In this document: positions 13,608 to 27,635 of the stretch, one piece after another
How positions within the stretch are numbered: the first letter of the stretch is position 1
Layout: every line of letters begins with the position of its first letter
Assembly: GCA_951406725.2 (NCBI GenBank)
Contig: OX597816.1
Location: forward strand, 69,936,001 to 70,000,000
Direction: 5' to 3'
Source of the DNA: Octopus vulgaris
Lineage: Eukaryota
DNA: 64,000 nt
The notes under the pieces: generated by a model
The model's database searches: none
Told to the model about the DNA's origin: nothing
Seen by the model: only the letters and a program-made list of their open reading frames with translations
Made by a program: the position numbers and the translations under genes

Positions 13608-13859
13608 ATTACCCGAAAGGTAGGGGAAATACAGCTTTATATTTAAGAGATGAGGGATTATGTACATTATTAACATTTAACGGGTATTTGTCCTCATCTT
13701 GTTTGTTGTTGCCATATCTTTTCGGCTGATATAACCTCCAGCCTTCATCAAGGCTGGAGGGTATATCAGCCAGCCTGGAGGTTATATCAGCCGGAACGTT
13801 GTGGTAACAACAAACAAGATGAGGACAAATATCCGTCAAATGTAAATAATGTAAATAAT
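13608..13859 (-). mobile_element. Short PLE-type palindrome with truncated hammerhead
   Basis: Arms ~13657-13746 and ~13752-13859. Minus strand reads TGATGA-A-GGCTG...CAGCC-GAAA; the plus arm has a duplicated stem II. Confidence 0.7.
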
Positions 13860-14607
13860 ATAGGTAGTGGAAAGTCTAACAAAATACAAGGACATTGAAT
13901 ATGAAATTTTCAAGTTGTGGGGCATGGTGGGTAAAATAACACCAGTTGTAATTGAGCAATAGGAAGGATTTTAAAAATTATGAAAAGAATCATGAACGGC
14001 AAAACAGGGCCCACAACACTGCGCACTGCCCTCCAAGATAACTCTACCTGGAACAGTTCATATCTTACAAAAACTTTATGAATTCACTGAAACTAAGAGA
14101 CTATTCAATAAAAATTGTTCCAATTGTAATTCGCACGCTGCAATCTCTCTTTACAATATGCACCTAATAACAAGACAACTCGCGCAACATAGACTGTACA
14201 AGATTGAGGCAACGTTACATACACACCACGCTCAACAGAGAAAACAGTAGTATAACATGACTCAATAAACAAAATATAGCGATGCAGTACGCCAACAGAA
14301 GGAATCTATATTTCCCGTCTTCATAAAAATAAGAATACGAACGTGGCCCGAGTGATGCATCAGAAATTCGCATAAAAGTAACAGAAGAAAAGCGAAATTA
14401 TAACAGTTATAATTTGGAAACTTCTTATTAGAAATAATTGACAAGATAATTGAAGAAAACCTGATGAAAATTATTTTAATTTATATTTCAATATTTGATT
14501 TTGTCGAATCCATTTATTACTTTCAGCATCCTTACTTATTCAAATTCTATTATATATGAATAATTTATTTGGAATAATCGATATTTCTGGCGCTTCTTAA
14601 GATTCTC

Positions 14608-14646
<39 letters not shown>

Positions 14647-14892
14647 TTCATTTATTCATTCATTTATTATTTATTTGTTTGTTTATTGTGCGTTTCTGTG
14701 TTGATGTTGTCCTGGTGGTTTTTGATATTGCTCAAGCTGTTGTTTTTCAAAATGGATCTCGAAAATGTATCAATTCGTCCAACAAGTCTGAGGCGGGCGC
14801 GTGCACGTATGTGTGTATGGATGTGTATGTATGTACGAACGTATGTATATGTAGATAAGTAGATAGGTGTATGTATATATGTATATGTATAC

Positions 14893-14929
<37 letters not shown>

Positions 14930-15027
14930 TGTATGAATGTATGTATATACGTACGTATGTTTATGTATATATGCATATATGTGTATGTATATTTATTAAT
15001 ATATGTATGCAAGTATATATATATATT

Positions 15028-15284
15028 TATTCTTTTATTCTTGTATTGTTTTAGTCATTTGACTGCGGCCATACTGGGGCACCGCCTTTACTCGTGCAAA
15101 TCAACCAAACATCTTATATTTTGTAAGCCTAGTACTTCTATCGGTCTCTTTTGCCGAACCGCTAAGTTACGGGGACGTAAACACACCAGCATCGGTTGTC
15201 AAACGATGTTGCAGAGACAAAAACAGACTCACAAACATATACACACATACATACATATATATATATTTATCTATATGTATATAC

Positions 15285-15345
<61 letters not shown>

Positions 15346-15690
15346 TGTGTGTGCGTATATGTTTGTGTGTGTATATAAGCTCTGGGGCCGATTTCCTCGA
15401 CTAAAGACGGTGCTGAAAGATGCAAAAGAATAAAAGAATATATATATATACATAAAAGAGCATATATATATTAATAAATATACATACTCAAAAATACACA
15501 TATACATAAACATACGTTCGTACATACATACACATCCATCGGGCTTCTTCCAGTTTAAGTCTACCAAGTCCTCTCACAAAGCTTTGGTCAGCCCGACCGA
15601 GGCTATAGTAGAAGCTCCAAGGAGCCATGCCGTGGGACTGAACCCGGGGCCATGTGGCTGGTAACCAAGCTACTTACCACTCAGTCACTC
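15028..15690 (-). mobile_element. SINE family A with expanded internal microsatellite and an inserted fragment
   Basis: Head at ~15540-15690 and tail at ~15028-15230 are reverse complements of family A. Confidence 0.8.
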
Positions 15691-16095
15691 AGTTTTGTCT
15701 GTTACAGAAGTTTAGAAAATTGATAATATGTACGATTTTCTAGGAAAATATAAACTACGCATTAAAAACAAGTAACCAGAATCATGACGTCATAGCAATA
15801 AATTTATGCTTCAACTTTGACGAACCAATATGGGAAGTAATGTGGTGAAAACCCGTAGCGAGAGCTCCTGGCGAGCACATATTGTTACCTGTGTTCGATT
15901 CCTGATTGCAAATGTTTCCTTACATTCCTACATCTAATGGTATTGGCAAACAAATGAATAACAAATTATTCTATTTCTCGATCGCACATCATATTCACTT
16001 AAAACTGAAATCAATACGTTAGCTATGGATGGCGCTGTATTTTTATTTATTCATTTATATATTTACTATATTATCGTTTAAGATCATCATCATCA

Positions 16096-16210
<115 letters not shown>

Positions 16211-16809
16211 TATACTTTTTGCTCGTAAGGAACTATAGCGAATCCTTCATGAAAACATTATTTTTGATAATGATGAAAGCGTCAACGTTTTTTTTTCTTC
16301 TTTGCTCTGTTTTATAGCTTAATTTTAATTTTAAGCTTTTTTCAAACGAGTGTACACAACATGTAGGGTTGAGATGATATTTTAATTCAGATATAATTTA
16401 CATTCCATTTCTTTGAAGATTCTGTTAGAAAAATATGCATTACTAAAAAAAAAACACATTCGTTTCTGCTTACTTCCATTTCGCATTTGTCTAGGCAAAT
16501 TGTCATTAATGTTTTCTGATCATATTCAGTTAAAATTCCTTACTATGCACTTTATACCAAACGCTGCTACTGATGCAAAAACGAAAACCTCAAAACAACT
16601 ATATATTTCAAAATATACATATATAAACAGCTGCACCTGTGTATAGACGCAGGCGTGGATGAGTGGTTAGAACCTTGTTTCCCAATGATATTGTCCCAGG
16701 CTCACTCCCACTGCATTGTAGGCAATTGTCTTTTACTATAGTCTGAAGTTAACCAAAGCCTTCTGAGCGGATTTACTTGACAGAAATAAGCTCGTTGTAT
16801 GTGTGCATG

Positions 16810-16903
<94 letters not shown>

Positions 16904-17069
16904 TATTTATTTATTTATTTATTTATGTATTTATATTAAGGGCATTACTATACATAAATGCCTCACGCTAGGAGGGACTCCTAAAATCAGAACTACCATA
17001 ATAAACACATTGTACGGAACGCGAGGGAGTGCAACACTCGAAGCGACCCTTTTAAAAACAGATTCAGCC

Positions 17070-17126
17070 GCAGATCATGTGATTTCATAATTAGTGCAAA
17101 AAAAGGCACTTTTTAATCGTCAGTGC
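17070..17126 (-). ncRNA. Type I hammerhead ribozyme motif, canonical core, in a ~400-bp (TA)n-flanked insert (16935-17340)
   Basis: Minus strand: GCA-CTGACGA-TTAAAAAGTGCC...GCACTAATTAT-GAAA-TCACATGA-TC-TGC; stem III ATCA/TGAT, predicted cleavage after AUC. Confidence 0.75.
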
Positions 17127-17343
17127 AAGCTTAGTCAAGACACATGAAAATGAACAAAAATCAACATACAAGACAAACACTAAATGTATCCAACATAGTA
17201 CATAGATATGTTCACACATATATCGATGTAAGAGGCGGGCTTTTCGAATTTTTCTGAAACTTCAGATTTTTCAATATGCTAGACCACTGGTTTTAAATTG
17301 ATAATAATCAAATTAATATTCAATTTCTTTTATTTTATTTTAA

Positions 17344-17412
<69 letters not shown>

Positions 17413-17427
17413 TATGTGTGTGTGTAT

Positions 17428-17735
17428 GGAGGCGCAAATACCCAGTGGTTAGGGTAACGGACTCGCAGCTGTAGGAACCCGGTTTCGATTCCCAGATCAA
17501 GCGTTGTGAGTGTTTATCGAGCGAAAACACCTAAAGCACCACGAGGCTCCGACAGGGGGTGGTGGCGATCTCTGCTGTACTCTTTTAGCCACAACTTTCT
17601 CTCACTCTTTCTTCTCTTGGCTTGCTCGCTTAGCCAGCGGGGTGGCGTCATTTGAAGGCTAAAACAGTGTGAAGAACATTGTGACCAGCGATGTGTAGCA
17701 ACATCTGATAGCCTGGTCGGTCACGTTGATCACGG
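17428..17735 (+). mobile_element. SINE family C, tail type 1
   Basis: GGAGGCGCAA..CCCAGTGGTTAGGG (A box) and GGTTTCGATTCC (B box) head. Confidence 0.85.
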
Positions 17736-17765
17736 TAATATATATATGTTAGTGTGTGTATATGT

Positions 17766-18039
17766 GGAGGCGCAATGGCCCAGTGGTTAGGGCAGCGGAC
17801 TCGCGGTCGTAGGATTGCGGTTTCGATTCCCAGACCAGGCGTTGTGAGTGTTTATTAAGCGAAAACACCTAAAGCCCCACGAGGCTCCGGCAGGGGATGC
17901 TGGCGATCCCTGCTGTACTCTTTCGCTACAACTTTCTCTCGCATTTTCTTCTGTTGGCCTGCTTGAAGGCTAAAACAATGCGAAGCGCATTCTGACCAGC
18001 GATGTGTAGCAACATCTGATAGCCTGGTCGATCACGGTG

Positions 18040-18040
<1 letters not shown>
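17766..18040 (+). mobile_element. SINE family C, tail type 1 (adjacent second copy with internal deletion)
   Basis: Same head and tail as 17428-17735. Confidence 0.85.
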
Positions 18041-18087
<47 letters not shown>

Positions 18088-18094
18088 TATATCA

Positions 18095-18257
18095 TTTGTT
18101 TCTCTTCTTGTTCCTCTCCTTGTTTTTTCTGTGTCCCTTTCTGTAGAAGAGCGTAGGCTCGAAACGTAAAATACTTTTCTATTCCTGAGCGTTATACTAA
18201 TACATGTGTTGGATTTGTACACCACCTGTTTTCGTTTTTTGCTTTTTCGTAAAATCC

Positions 18258-18262
<5 letters not shown>
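18095..18262 (+). mobile_element. Short PLE-like terminal fragment with hammerhead-like motif (CUGUAGA core); relatives at ~24065-24205 (minus) and ~44375-44500 (plus)
   Basis: TTT-CTGTAGA-A-GAGC(GTAG)GCTC-GAAA-CG-TA-AAA at 18138-18171; flanked by (TA)n. Confidence 0.65.
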
Positions 18263-18320
<58 letters not shown>

Positions 18321-18857
18321 TATGAGTGGGTATCTGCATTTATTTCCCGCCTCCGATTGTCGGTGTATTTACGACTCTGAAATTTACCTTCAGATTGATA
18401 TAAGCATTTGCGTTGGTATTTTTTCGACTAACATCCCTCAAGGCGTTTCCATAGTACCTATCTATTTATATCCCTCTCTCGGTCCTTCTTTGTGTATATG
18501 TGAGGGATGTACGTTCGTGTGTGTGTTTCTAACTATGACGGGTTTTATCATGAGGAATTCCACATGCACAGAAAAACCTGGTTCATCATCGGATTACCAG
18601 AAAAATTAACCCCAAACAATAGATTAAATATTTCAAACATTTTGGATACATCTCGTGGTTCTTGGTGCGAAGAGGTTAAGAAAATGAAACTTTCGTTAGC
18701 ATTTCATTAACCTGCGCCTTGAAGTTGTGATTTGAACACTAATACTAAACAAATGCAACGAGTCGTTTAGTTCTTTCTAGCAGCATCAATGTTCTTTATC
18801 TCTTAATATTTTCTTTCGTCACTCTCTGAATATATTTACCTATTCACATATATATGT

Positions 18858-19140
18858 GGAGGCACATGGACTAGTGTTTAGAGCAGCGGATTCGGGATCG
18901 AGGGATTGCAGGTTCGAATCTCAGACCGGGCGATGTGTGTGTTTATGAGTGAAGCACCTAAGCTCAACGCGGCTCCGGAAGAAGGTAATGGCGAACTTTT
19001 GCGGACTCTTTCGCCACAACTTTCACTCACTCTTTCCTCCTGCGACTGACCGGCGTCCCGTCCAGGTGGGAAACCTATACGCCAAGGTAACCGGGAAACC
19101 GGCCCTTATGAGCCAATCATGACTGCAGAAGGAACAAACA
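18858..19140 (+). mobile_element. SINE related to family C, with a V-domain-like tail
   Basis: tRNA-like head; CCTGCGACTGACCGGCGTCCCGTCCAGG resembles the V-SINE core (recalled, not aligned). Confidence 0.65.
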
Positions 19141-19234
19141 TTCATATATATATATATATATTTCGAAAAAAAATTTATCAATGGCCAGCATATTAAAAAA
19201 TACCTTTAAAGGTTAAATTATAAACAACTTATAA

Positions 19235-19288
<54 letters not shown>

Positions 19289-19739
19289 TCCACCCACTCG
19301 TCTCTCTCTTTCTGTGTCTCTGAGTCTCTGAGTCTCTCTCTCTCTCTCTCTCACTCTTTCTCTCCCTGTGCTTATCTGTTTAGCTACCGAGTTATCTCTC
19401 TAACTTTAACCTGTTTTTAAATCGTCCTACCTCTCGCTCTTGAGAATAACTCTTAACTATCATTATTTTTCTTTCTTCTGTTTCACCTTCCGCTTCTTAT
19501 AACTCAAGTAGAATTTAATGATATTCTTGAAATATTTTATCAAGTATAACGAAGACATAGAACTTTCCCTCGTTAAACAAGATCCTTAATTGATATTCTA
19601 ACAGACAATCCATTAAAAAAAAAGAATGAATTTTGGTCTATGGCCCAATACTCGAACTTAACGTGCGTCTCCCTCCTTTAGTAATAACTATCGACATTAT
19701 GGCGATAGGATTAATGCTGGTAGCAAATATTTCCACACA

Positions 19740-19915
19740 CACAACCTATGATTTTTAGCAATCATATTACACATAGTGATTGTGTTAGTAGCGGTGGTAA
19801 TAAAAATGGTGATGTTAGTATTACTAACGCTAGCAGTAATGATAGTGACTTTGGTAGCGGTAGAGGTTATAACTGAGGTGATGGTAACGATAGTGGAGGC
19901 AATAATGGTAGTATC

Positions 19916-19954
<39 letters not shown>

Positions 19955-21640
19955 CTGGGGTTTGCTAATCTAGTAGAAATAGTGATTATAAAGGTGTTTG
20001 AAGTTATTGGATTCTGGGAATAGGTGTTGGTGATCAGGATTAAAGCGGGGTGATGGGATTGGTTATCGTGGTTATGGTTGTCGTGGTTGTAGTAGTGGTG
20101 GTGGTGATGGTAGTAGCCATGGCGGTGGTGGTGATGGTGGTAGTAGTCATGGCGGTGGTGGCGATGGTGGTAGTAATCATGGTTGTGGTGGTGGTGTTTC
20201 TGATGGTCATGGTCGTAGTGGTGGTGGTGGTGGTGGAGATAGTAGCCATGGTGGTGGTGGTGATGATGGTAGTAATCGTGGCGGTGGTGGTGATGGTGGT
20301 AGTAATCATGGTGGTGGTGGTGTTTCTGATGGTCATGGTTGTAGTGGTGGTGCAGGTAGTGGTAGTGGTGGTTGTGATAGTAGTCATGGCGGTGGTAGTG
20401 ATGCTGGTAGTAATCATGGTGGTGGTCGTCGTCGTGGTGTTTATAGTGATCGTAGTGGTAGTCGTAGTGGTGGTACTAATCATGGTGGTGGTGGTTGTTG
20501 ATGGTCGTGGTCGTAGTGGTGGTGGTGGTAGTAGTCATTGTGGTGGTGGTGATGGTGGTAGTTTTATTGGTAGTGCTGGTGATAGTGGTAGTAATCATGG
20601 TGGTGGATGTCGTGGTGTTTATGGTGATCGTAGTGGTAGTGGTGGTGGGGGTGAGGGTGATGGTGGTTATGGTGGTCGTGGTAGTCGTGGGGGTGATGGT
20701 GGCAGTAGCATTCAGGGAGGTGGTGCTTGTAATAACGGTTGTAGGAATGGCAATAATAGTACTTGTGACAATGCTATTGACTGTTGCAGTATTCATAACG
20801 ATGAGGAGGAGTGAGTGGCACGGAGAGAACGGCAGAAATATGGACGGTGATGTGTTTTTTTTTTTCACTGGGTTTGGCAGGTGGGATTATTTGCTTGTCA
20901 TCTTAATAATCTTGCGGCTGTTCTTAGTCTTTCAACAGCTGCTGCTGCTGATGATTAACATGATAAAAATGATCATGACGATCGTTTTCAACAGAAGCAG
21001 CGTCGGCGGCAGCAGCAGCAGCAGCTGTAGGATCATCGGCATGAACCTCAGTATGTTGGCGATGATGACAAAGCTGATGATGACGGTGATGATGATGATG
21101 ATGATGATGATGAAGACGACGACGACGACGATGACGACAACGATGATGATGATGATGCTGACGACGACGACGACGACGACAAAGATGATGATGGTGGTGG
21201 TGGTGGTGGTGGTGATGGCGATGATGATGATGATAGTGTTGCTGGTGATGGTTGTGGTGGTGTGCTGAGACGATGACAGTGATGATGATGATGATGATGA
21301 TGATGACGACGACAACGATGATGATAGTGGTGGTGGTGGTGATAGTAATGATGATGATGATGATAGTGTTGCTGGTGATGGTTGTGGTGGTGCTGCTGAG
21401 AGGATGATAGTGATAATGATGATGATGACGGCGGCAACGATGACCCTAGCCACGATAACAATGTCGAGAATGTTGATGTCGGCAACGTCGATTACGATGA
21501 TGATGACGATGGTGAGGAAGAGGAAGGGCGGGAGGAAAATACAGAGGATAACAAGGATGATGGTGACGATGATGACAAGGAGGGAAGAAGAAGAGAAGGA
21601 CGTGGAAAGGAGGGAATGGGGCGGAGTATAGGGGGAAGGG
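19740..21640. repeat. Compound trinucleotide low-complexity tract (GTG/GTA/GAT/GAC)n with internal higher-order duplications
   Basis: Direct reading; recurring unit GGTAGTAATCATGGT(G/T)GTGG...GTGTTT; duplicated block at ~21230 and ~21358. Confidence 0.9.
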
Positions 21641-21780
21641 GGAAGGATGGGAGGTGTAGAGCGGGATCAGAGATCGTATGCAGTAAAAATTGTTGCCGCA
21701 TTGATTCCATACATAGATATAGCATAAACCTTTTGAATTAAAATGGAAGCGTGATCGGCAAACTAATATCCAATAGATAC

Positions 21781-21847
<67 letters not shown>

Positions 21848-22125
21848 CCAAAGTTCCGTCTACACTCCCAGACGAAAATTGATCTATTAGGCTCTATTCT
21901 ATTTCAGTGCAAGAAAATTTCATTCGATGTCACTCATAAACAACACCGACTCAGCTTTTATCTCACTGTTAAAAACAACTGAAGTTCGTCGGTGTTCTAC
22001 AGTATTGCTGTATGAAAGAAACACGTTCTCTTATTTCTCTGTGGAGTCATTGTAGATATGAAAGAAATGTGAAATTACCCTGACAGCTATATATTTGTAT
22101 GTATATGTATATGTATTTATGTTTG

Positions 22126-22206
<81 letters not shown>

Positions 22207-22479
22207 TATTTATACTTATATATATATACATACATACATATGCGTATGTATACATCAATATACAAATATATATCGGTATATTACATATACATATCTATGT
22301 TTTTACACACACATATGTCCATATGTGAGTGTGCGTGAGTGTGTATGTATGTGTGTGTGTATGTGTGAGTACACATACATATTCGTGTATAGTATATATG
22401 GCTGTGTCTCGCAATAAATTTCCCCCAGAGAAATTTCCTGCATACATATGTTTGTTTGCGTACGTGTGTTTGTACTAGT

Positions 22480-22537
<58 letters not shown>

Positions 22538-23083
22538 GTGTGCGCGCGCGTGTTTGTGAGTGTACATACATATCCTTGGGAGAGATTAGCGAAGCCTAAG
22601 GTTAATTGGCTGAAAGTAATAGCGTAGAAAATGGCGAATGATAGAACTTTTTTGAATTATTGTGGAGGGTAGATTCTTTTTCTTTTTTTATTCCTTATAC
22701 TTCTAGCGCCATCTTATTTCTTTTGAAAACAACACCCAAAATGTGAATAAAGAATAATAATTTACTTACAAAGAATTTCTTTTCCACCCATACCCTATAT
22801 AGCTTATTCGACTGAGTTGCCTTGAAAGAAATACGATGCTAGCATGACATATTTCGTGGACTAAAAATTAAAAGATATTTACTGGGAGCGATTTCACTAT
22901 AGAAGCAATACATTGGTTATATATAAAACAGAACACAACACATATTAAAAACCTACACACATGCACTTAAGGGATTCGGATATTATTATTATTATTGTTA
23001 TTTACTTTTAATCTGCATGTTTGTTGCAATCATTATTTATTATTATTATCTTTATTATCATTATTATTATTATTATTATTATT

Positions 23084-23191
<108 letters not shown>

Positions 23192-23859
23192 GCTATTTTG
23201 TGTGTGTGTGAATATCGATAGATCAAGGAAACTTGGATCTAATATCGTGTCAAAGACATTCTCAATAGACTAATCATGAAAACCCCTCTTTAGAAGAATA
23301 TTTATGAACATAGAACATTCTGTCAAATGCTATACAGCTCTCTGATCTTTATATTCTCAATCCATTCACTTCACAGGCAATATTAAAGAGGAACTGAAAT
23401 AATTGCTTAAGAGTGCATTGCAATTTTTTTTTATTTAGCTCACTAACCTCAATGAATCAAAGTAAAACTGACCTAATATGATTTCTTAGATATTTATGGG
23501 ATTTTTCTTAATTTTTGTTTTTGCTTGTCATTTTTAGTTTATATTAGATGCAGGCGTAGCTGTATGGTAAGAAGCTTTCTTCCCAACCACATGATTCCTG
23601 ATTCAGTCCCACTGCGGGGCACCTTGTGCAAGTGTCTCCTGCTATGGCCTCAGGCTGACTCAATCTTTGAGAGTGAATTTGTTAGAGGGAAACGAATATA
23701 CAGCCAACCCACGAACTAACAACATACACACTTTCTGTATGTATGTTCGATTTTGTTTATATATCTTGAGCTGCTTTTAATTTCTATTAGAATTTTTCCG
23801 TGGCATGAAACTTTGGGATATGCTAGCAGATAGTTGTTAAACCATTTAGCATATAGTCA

Positions 23860-23968
<109 letters not shown>

Positions 23969-24229
23969 TATAATAATAATAATTATTATTATTATTATAA
24001 TAATTATAATAATTATAATAATTATTATTATTATATACATATATATATATATGTGTGTGTGTATAGGGAGAGTTACGAAGACAGTTGGTGTACAAAACAA
24101 ACAGATGTATTAGTATAACGCTCAGGAATAAATAAGGTCTTTTACGTTTCGAGCCTATGCTCTTCTATTGAAAGGGACACAGAAAAAACAAGGAGAGAAA
24201 CAAGGATATATATATATATAGAAGAGATA

Positions 24230-25470
24230 GTCTATTACTGAATACTGAAAACAGAGCTCAATGCGAAAAACGAGATAATAGGCTTTAACACTTTAGCCGT
24301 CCCAGTTATAAGTTACAGCTACAATACTCTTGATTGGACACTGAACTAACCAAAATAGATAGGAAAACAAGAAAAATAATGACAGGATCTAGGACGCACC
24401 ACCTAAAATCTGACATAAAAAGGTTACATATACAACGTATAGAAGGTAGTAGATCCTTATACAGCTAGAAAACTATTACAAAATAACCACCATAGGACTG
24501 CAAAAGTAACTCCTTCAGAAGCAAGGAAAACTAATACAAATAGCCACAAAACACAAACAAAACAAAAAACTTTTTTCGGTCTTTAAGGAAGCTGACAAAT
24601 ATAAATAGAAAGCCATACTACCAAAGAACTATGAAGCAGAAGAAAAACAAACAACAAAAGCTGTAAAACAAATGATATCCAAACTAACACTAGAACAGCA
24701 ACGGACCATGATAAAATGATGGCAAGAAAAGCCCCTTCATGGTAAATACTGGGCAAAACTAAACACAAAAGGAATTAACAAAGAAAAATCTCAGCAATGG
24801 CTGAGAAGCTCAGGACTCAAAGCAGAGACTGAAGGATTTTTTAATTGCAGCACAAGACGAAAGCCTCCCCACCAGAAATTAAGTTCGCCTACTGGAGGTT
24901 ATGTAAAATGAACCGCCTGGACAGAGCACGGAAGTGGTACGAACATTATACCAGAAGTCACCGACAAAAAGGGATATAAGATATTGGGGAATTATACCAT
25001 AAAATATGACTCGCTAATCGATGCTCGGACACCAGTTAGTGCAATAACTGGGGATGCACGCTTAAGTGAAAAAGAGCTAGAAAAGACTGAAAAGTACAGA
25101 CTACTAAAAGAAGAAATTGCATGGATGTGAACTGTTAGGAGTGTGTGTGTCATTCCAGTAGTTATAGGGGCACTCGGAGCTCTAAGAACCAAGTTGGACA
25201 AAACAAGTCAGAGAAGCCAGAAGAGGCAAGTCAGAGAAATAAACATGAGAGCAGAGCAAACCCGAAAACCTCCCCTGTTAGGGACAGCTAGGATTTTGAA
25301 ATTAGTGCTTGGATGCTAAATGTCCCCCACGATGATTAACAGCCAAGTATCAAAGCTTACAATGTGCAGAGAGAGACCCTGTGAGACCTCTGGTAGCAGG
25401 CTGTTGTCCGCTCTCAGAGATTATACCAAAGCAGACAAGACCGAGCGCTCTGAGAAGTAAAAGAGTAATG
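24230..25470 (+). pseudogene. R4/Dong-like LINE 3' remnant(s)
   Basis: IDRKTRKIMT...HHLKSDIKRL, WQEKPLHGKY, WLRSSGLKAETEGF/IAAQDESLPTRN, EKELEKTEKY..LKEEIA, VIPVVIGALG, LLGTARIL; ends in an AAT-like tail. Confidence 0.85.
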
Positions 25471-26068
25471 ATAATAATACTAGTACTACTATAATACTAG
25501 TACTACTAATGGTAATAATACTAGTACTACTATACAAGAGGAGGAGAGACTAATTAAATAACAACCGTTTCGTTTTTAATGTAATAAGAATTAAATACAC
25601 AGTGAAGATTTCAGAGAGAAGCTAAACATAAATTGGGTAGAGGGCCTAAGAAATAAAGGAGAGAGAGAGAAAATAATGTAATTGACGTAGAGAGAAGGAG
25701 AATAAAACATAAATAAAGTGAGAAGCAGAAATGCAGACAAGCATAAAAATAGACATAAAGAAAATTAGAGAGATATATAATGAGGTAGATAGAGACATAA
25801 TGGAAAATATGAAAGATATAGAGCCAAGTGAGAAAAATAAACGCGTTAGTTACAGACCGTTAGAATCAGAGAGTAAGATATATACAACCATAAATAAAGT
25901 AGTGTCGCAAACGATAGACAGGTAGACGCACAAAAACAAGGGATAAAAGAAAGAATCGAAGAAAGACACGGGAAATTTCTAGGAAGTGAAACCATATAAG
26001 ATAACATTCGATTAGTTTAAACTTAACAAAATCAGGATTCTCTCGCTCTGTTTTTTTTCTATCTTTCT

Positions 26069-26110
<42 letters not shown>

Positions 26111-26204
26111 ACACATCATTGCTTTTACTTTGCATATGCACGTGCACAAGTCTACATACGTATATGCGAAGGCGTGCAGCCTAGTGGTTAGGGTGTACAG
26201 CTCA

Positions 26205-26790
26205 TGATTAGGAAAATTGAAAAGTCGTTATGCCAGTCAAAGAGCCTCCTTCTAACATAAGGACAAAACAAAGAGAAGATGGCGAGCCACATAAAGTGTT
26301 TGGAATCTAACGCAACACCACACGTGATTAAGTGGGAAATAATTTAAAATCTACACCTTTTGTTAAAGGATCAAATAAATGTAAGATATATTTAGCTGAA
26401 AGAGCTCAGATCCTTTTCAGATCTTAGTTCCCTAACTTACTATTGAACTCTAGGTATGATATCTTCAATGGTTATCAGCAAATGTTTAAATGTATTTTTA
26501 AAAAAAACTGGAAAATTCTGCCAATACCTGATCAACTTATCTTTCTAGCCTTATAAATTAAGCTCTAAGGAGGATAACACATTTAATTTTTACTCTTTTG
26601 TTTTCCGTTTTTTTTAACCTTCCACATTTTCTATATGCTTCCTTTTCAACTGTTCATATTTCTTCTCTAATTCAGTTCTAATTCCTTATAGTATGTGGTT
26701 TGTGCCTGATGTATCTATGTTTGAGGTATTTCTCAACATATGAAACTATTAATAGTATATAATAACATGCATCGTGTCTATTAAGTATTA
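26205..26790 (+). pseudogene. Decayed PLE endonuclease C-terminus, 3'UTR and degenerate hammerhead (26706-26757)
   Basis: KLKSRYASQRASF*H, IKWEII, PFVKGSNKCKIYLAERAQIL...LLNSR (same type as 10191); CTGATGT...ATGTTTGAG/CTCAACAT...GAAACTATTAATAGTA. Confidence 0.65.
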
Positions 26791-26862
26791 TTTATCTCTC
26801 ACCAGATGGAGTACATTTTTTGTTGATCTTACCATCAAGGGAGAGTACTTGACATATAATAT

Positions 26863-26959
<97 letters not shown>

Positions 26960-26961
<2 letters not shown>

Positions 26962-27261
26962 CGTTTTGGGATTTGGTTTGCAAGATTCTTTATGTGAGTT
27001 CGTGGGTTGAAGCATATTCTGTTGTTTCTAGGGAGAGTCATTTTCTTTTTTGCCTTATAATGTAACACACTCACCGGTAAAATTTTCACTTATTTCTTAA
27101 TTTTATTTTCCTAAAATTTTCGTTGCGTCTTGCAGCCTTTTCAATAGTCTTCACTTTTGAAAAGTTTGACTATTGAAAAGGTTGCAACACGCAACGAAAG
27201 TTTTAGGAAAATAAAAGTAAGAAATAAGTGGAAATTTTACCGGTGAGTGTGTTACATTATA
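26960..27261 (-). mobile_element. Short PLE-type palindrome (arms 27056-27149 and 27168-27261) with ~95-bp tail; U3-A8 hammerhead in both arms
   Basis: Plus arm 27170-27206: CTA-TTGAAAA-G-GTTGC(AACAC)GCAAC-GAAA-GT-TT-TAG; mirror at 27111-27147; (TA)n flanks. Confidence 0.75.
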
Positions 27262-27286
27262 TATATAATATTATATGTACATATAT

Positions 27287-27329
<43 letters not shown>

Positions 27330-27374
27330 TGGAGAGAGAGAGAGAGAGAGTAGAGTATATAAATATATATATAT

Positions 27375-27570
27375 ATGGAGTGATTGTCCTCTTCAGTCAG
27401 GAATGACCATGGGTCTGCATCTAGAAAGTAACCCTTCGAGGCACAAGTCCATCAAAGACCTTTTTATGGAAGACCAGCAGTTTCCCCTCTCCCCACGCAA
27501 CTCATGTTATCGAAGGAAAAGACAAAGGCTGATGCATTTTGACAACACCAGCTCATATCAACTTCAAGGT
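27375..27570. repeat. Interspersed repeat (relatives at ~51965-52115 and ~57345-57410)
   Basis: Shared GAATGACCATG...CTAGA..GT..CC.TC(C)GAGGCA.A.GTCC block. Confidence 0.7.
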
Positions 27571-27585
27571 TCCCCAGTTCGCACA

Positions 27586-27635
<50 letters not shown>

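Larger units (their letters stand above)
12820..14090 (+). pseudogene. Degenerate R4/Dong-like LINE C-terminus (zinc knuckle plus restriction-like endonuclease), interrupted by a SINE and a PLE palindrome
   Basis: Fragments DETTDHIIS...EYTQRYDRVG, KWYKHKPNTVL, KDIKANIEVII, LTKYKDIEYEIFKLW occur in collinear order. Confidence 0.6.
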
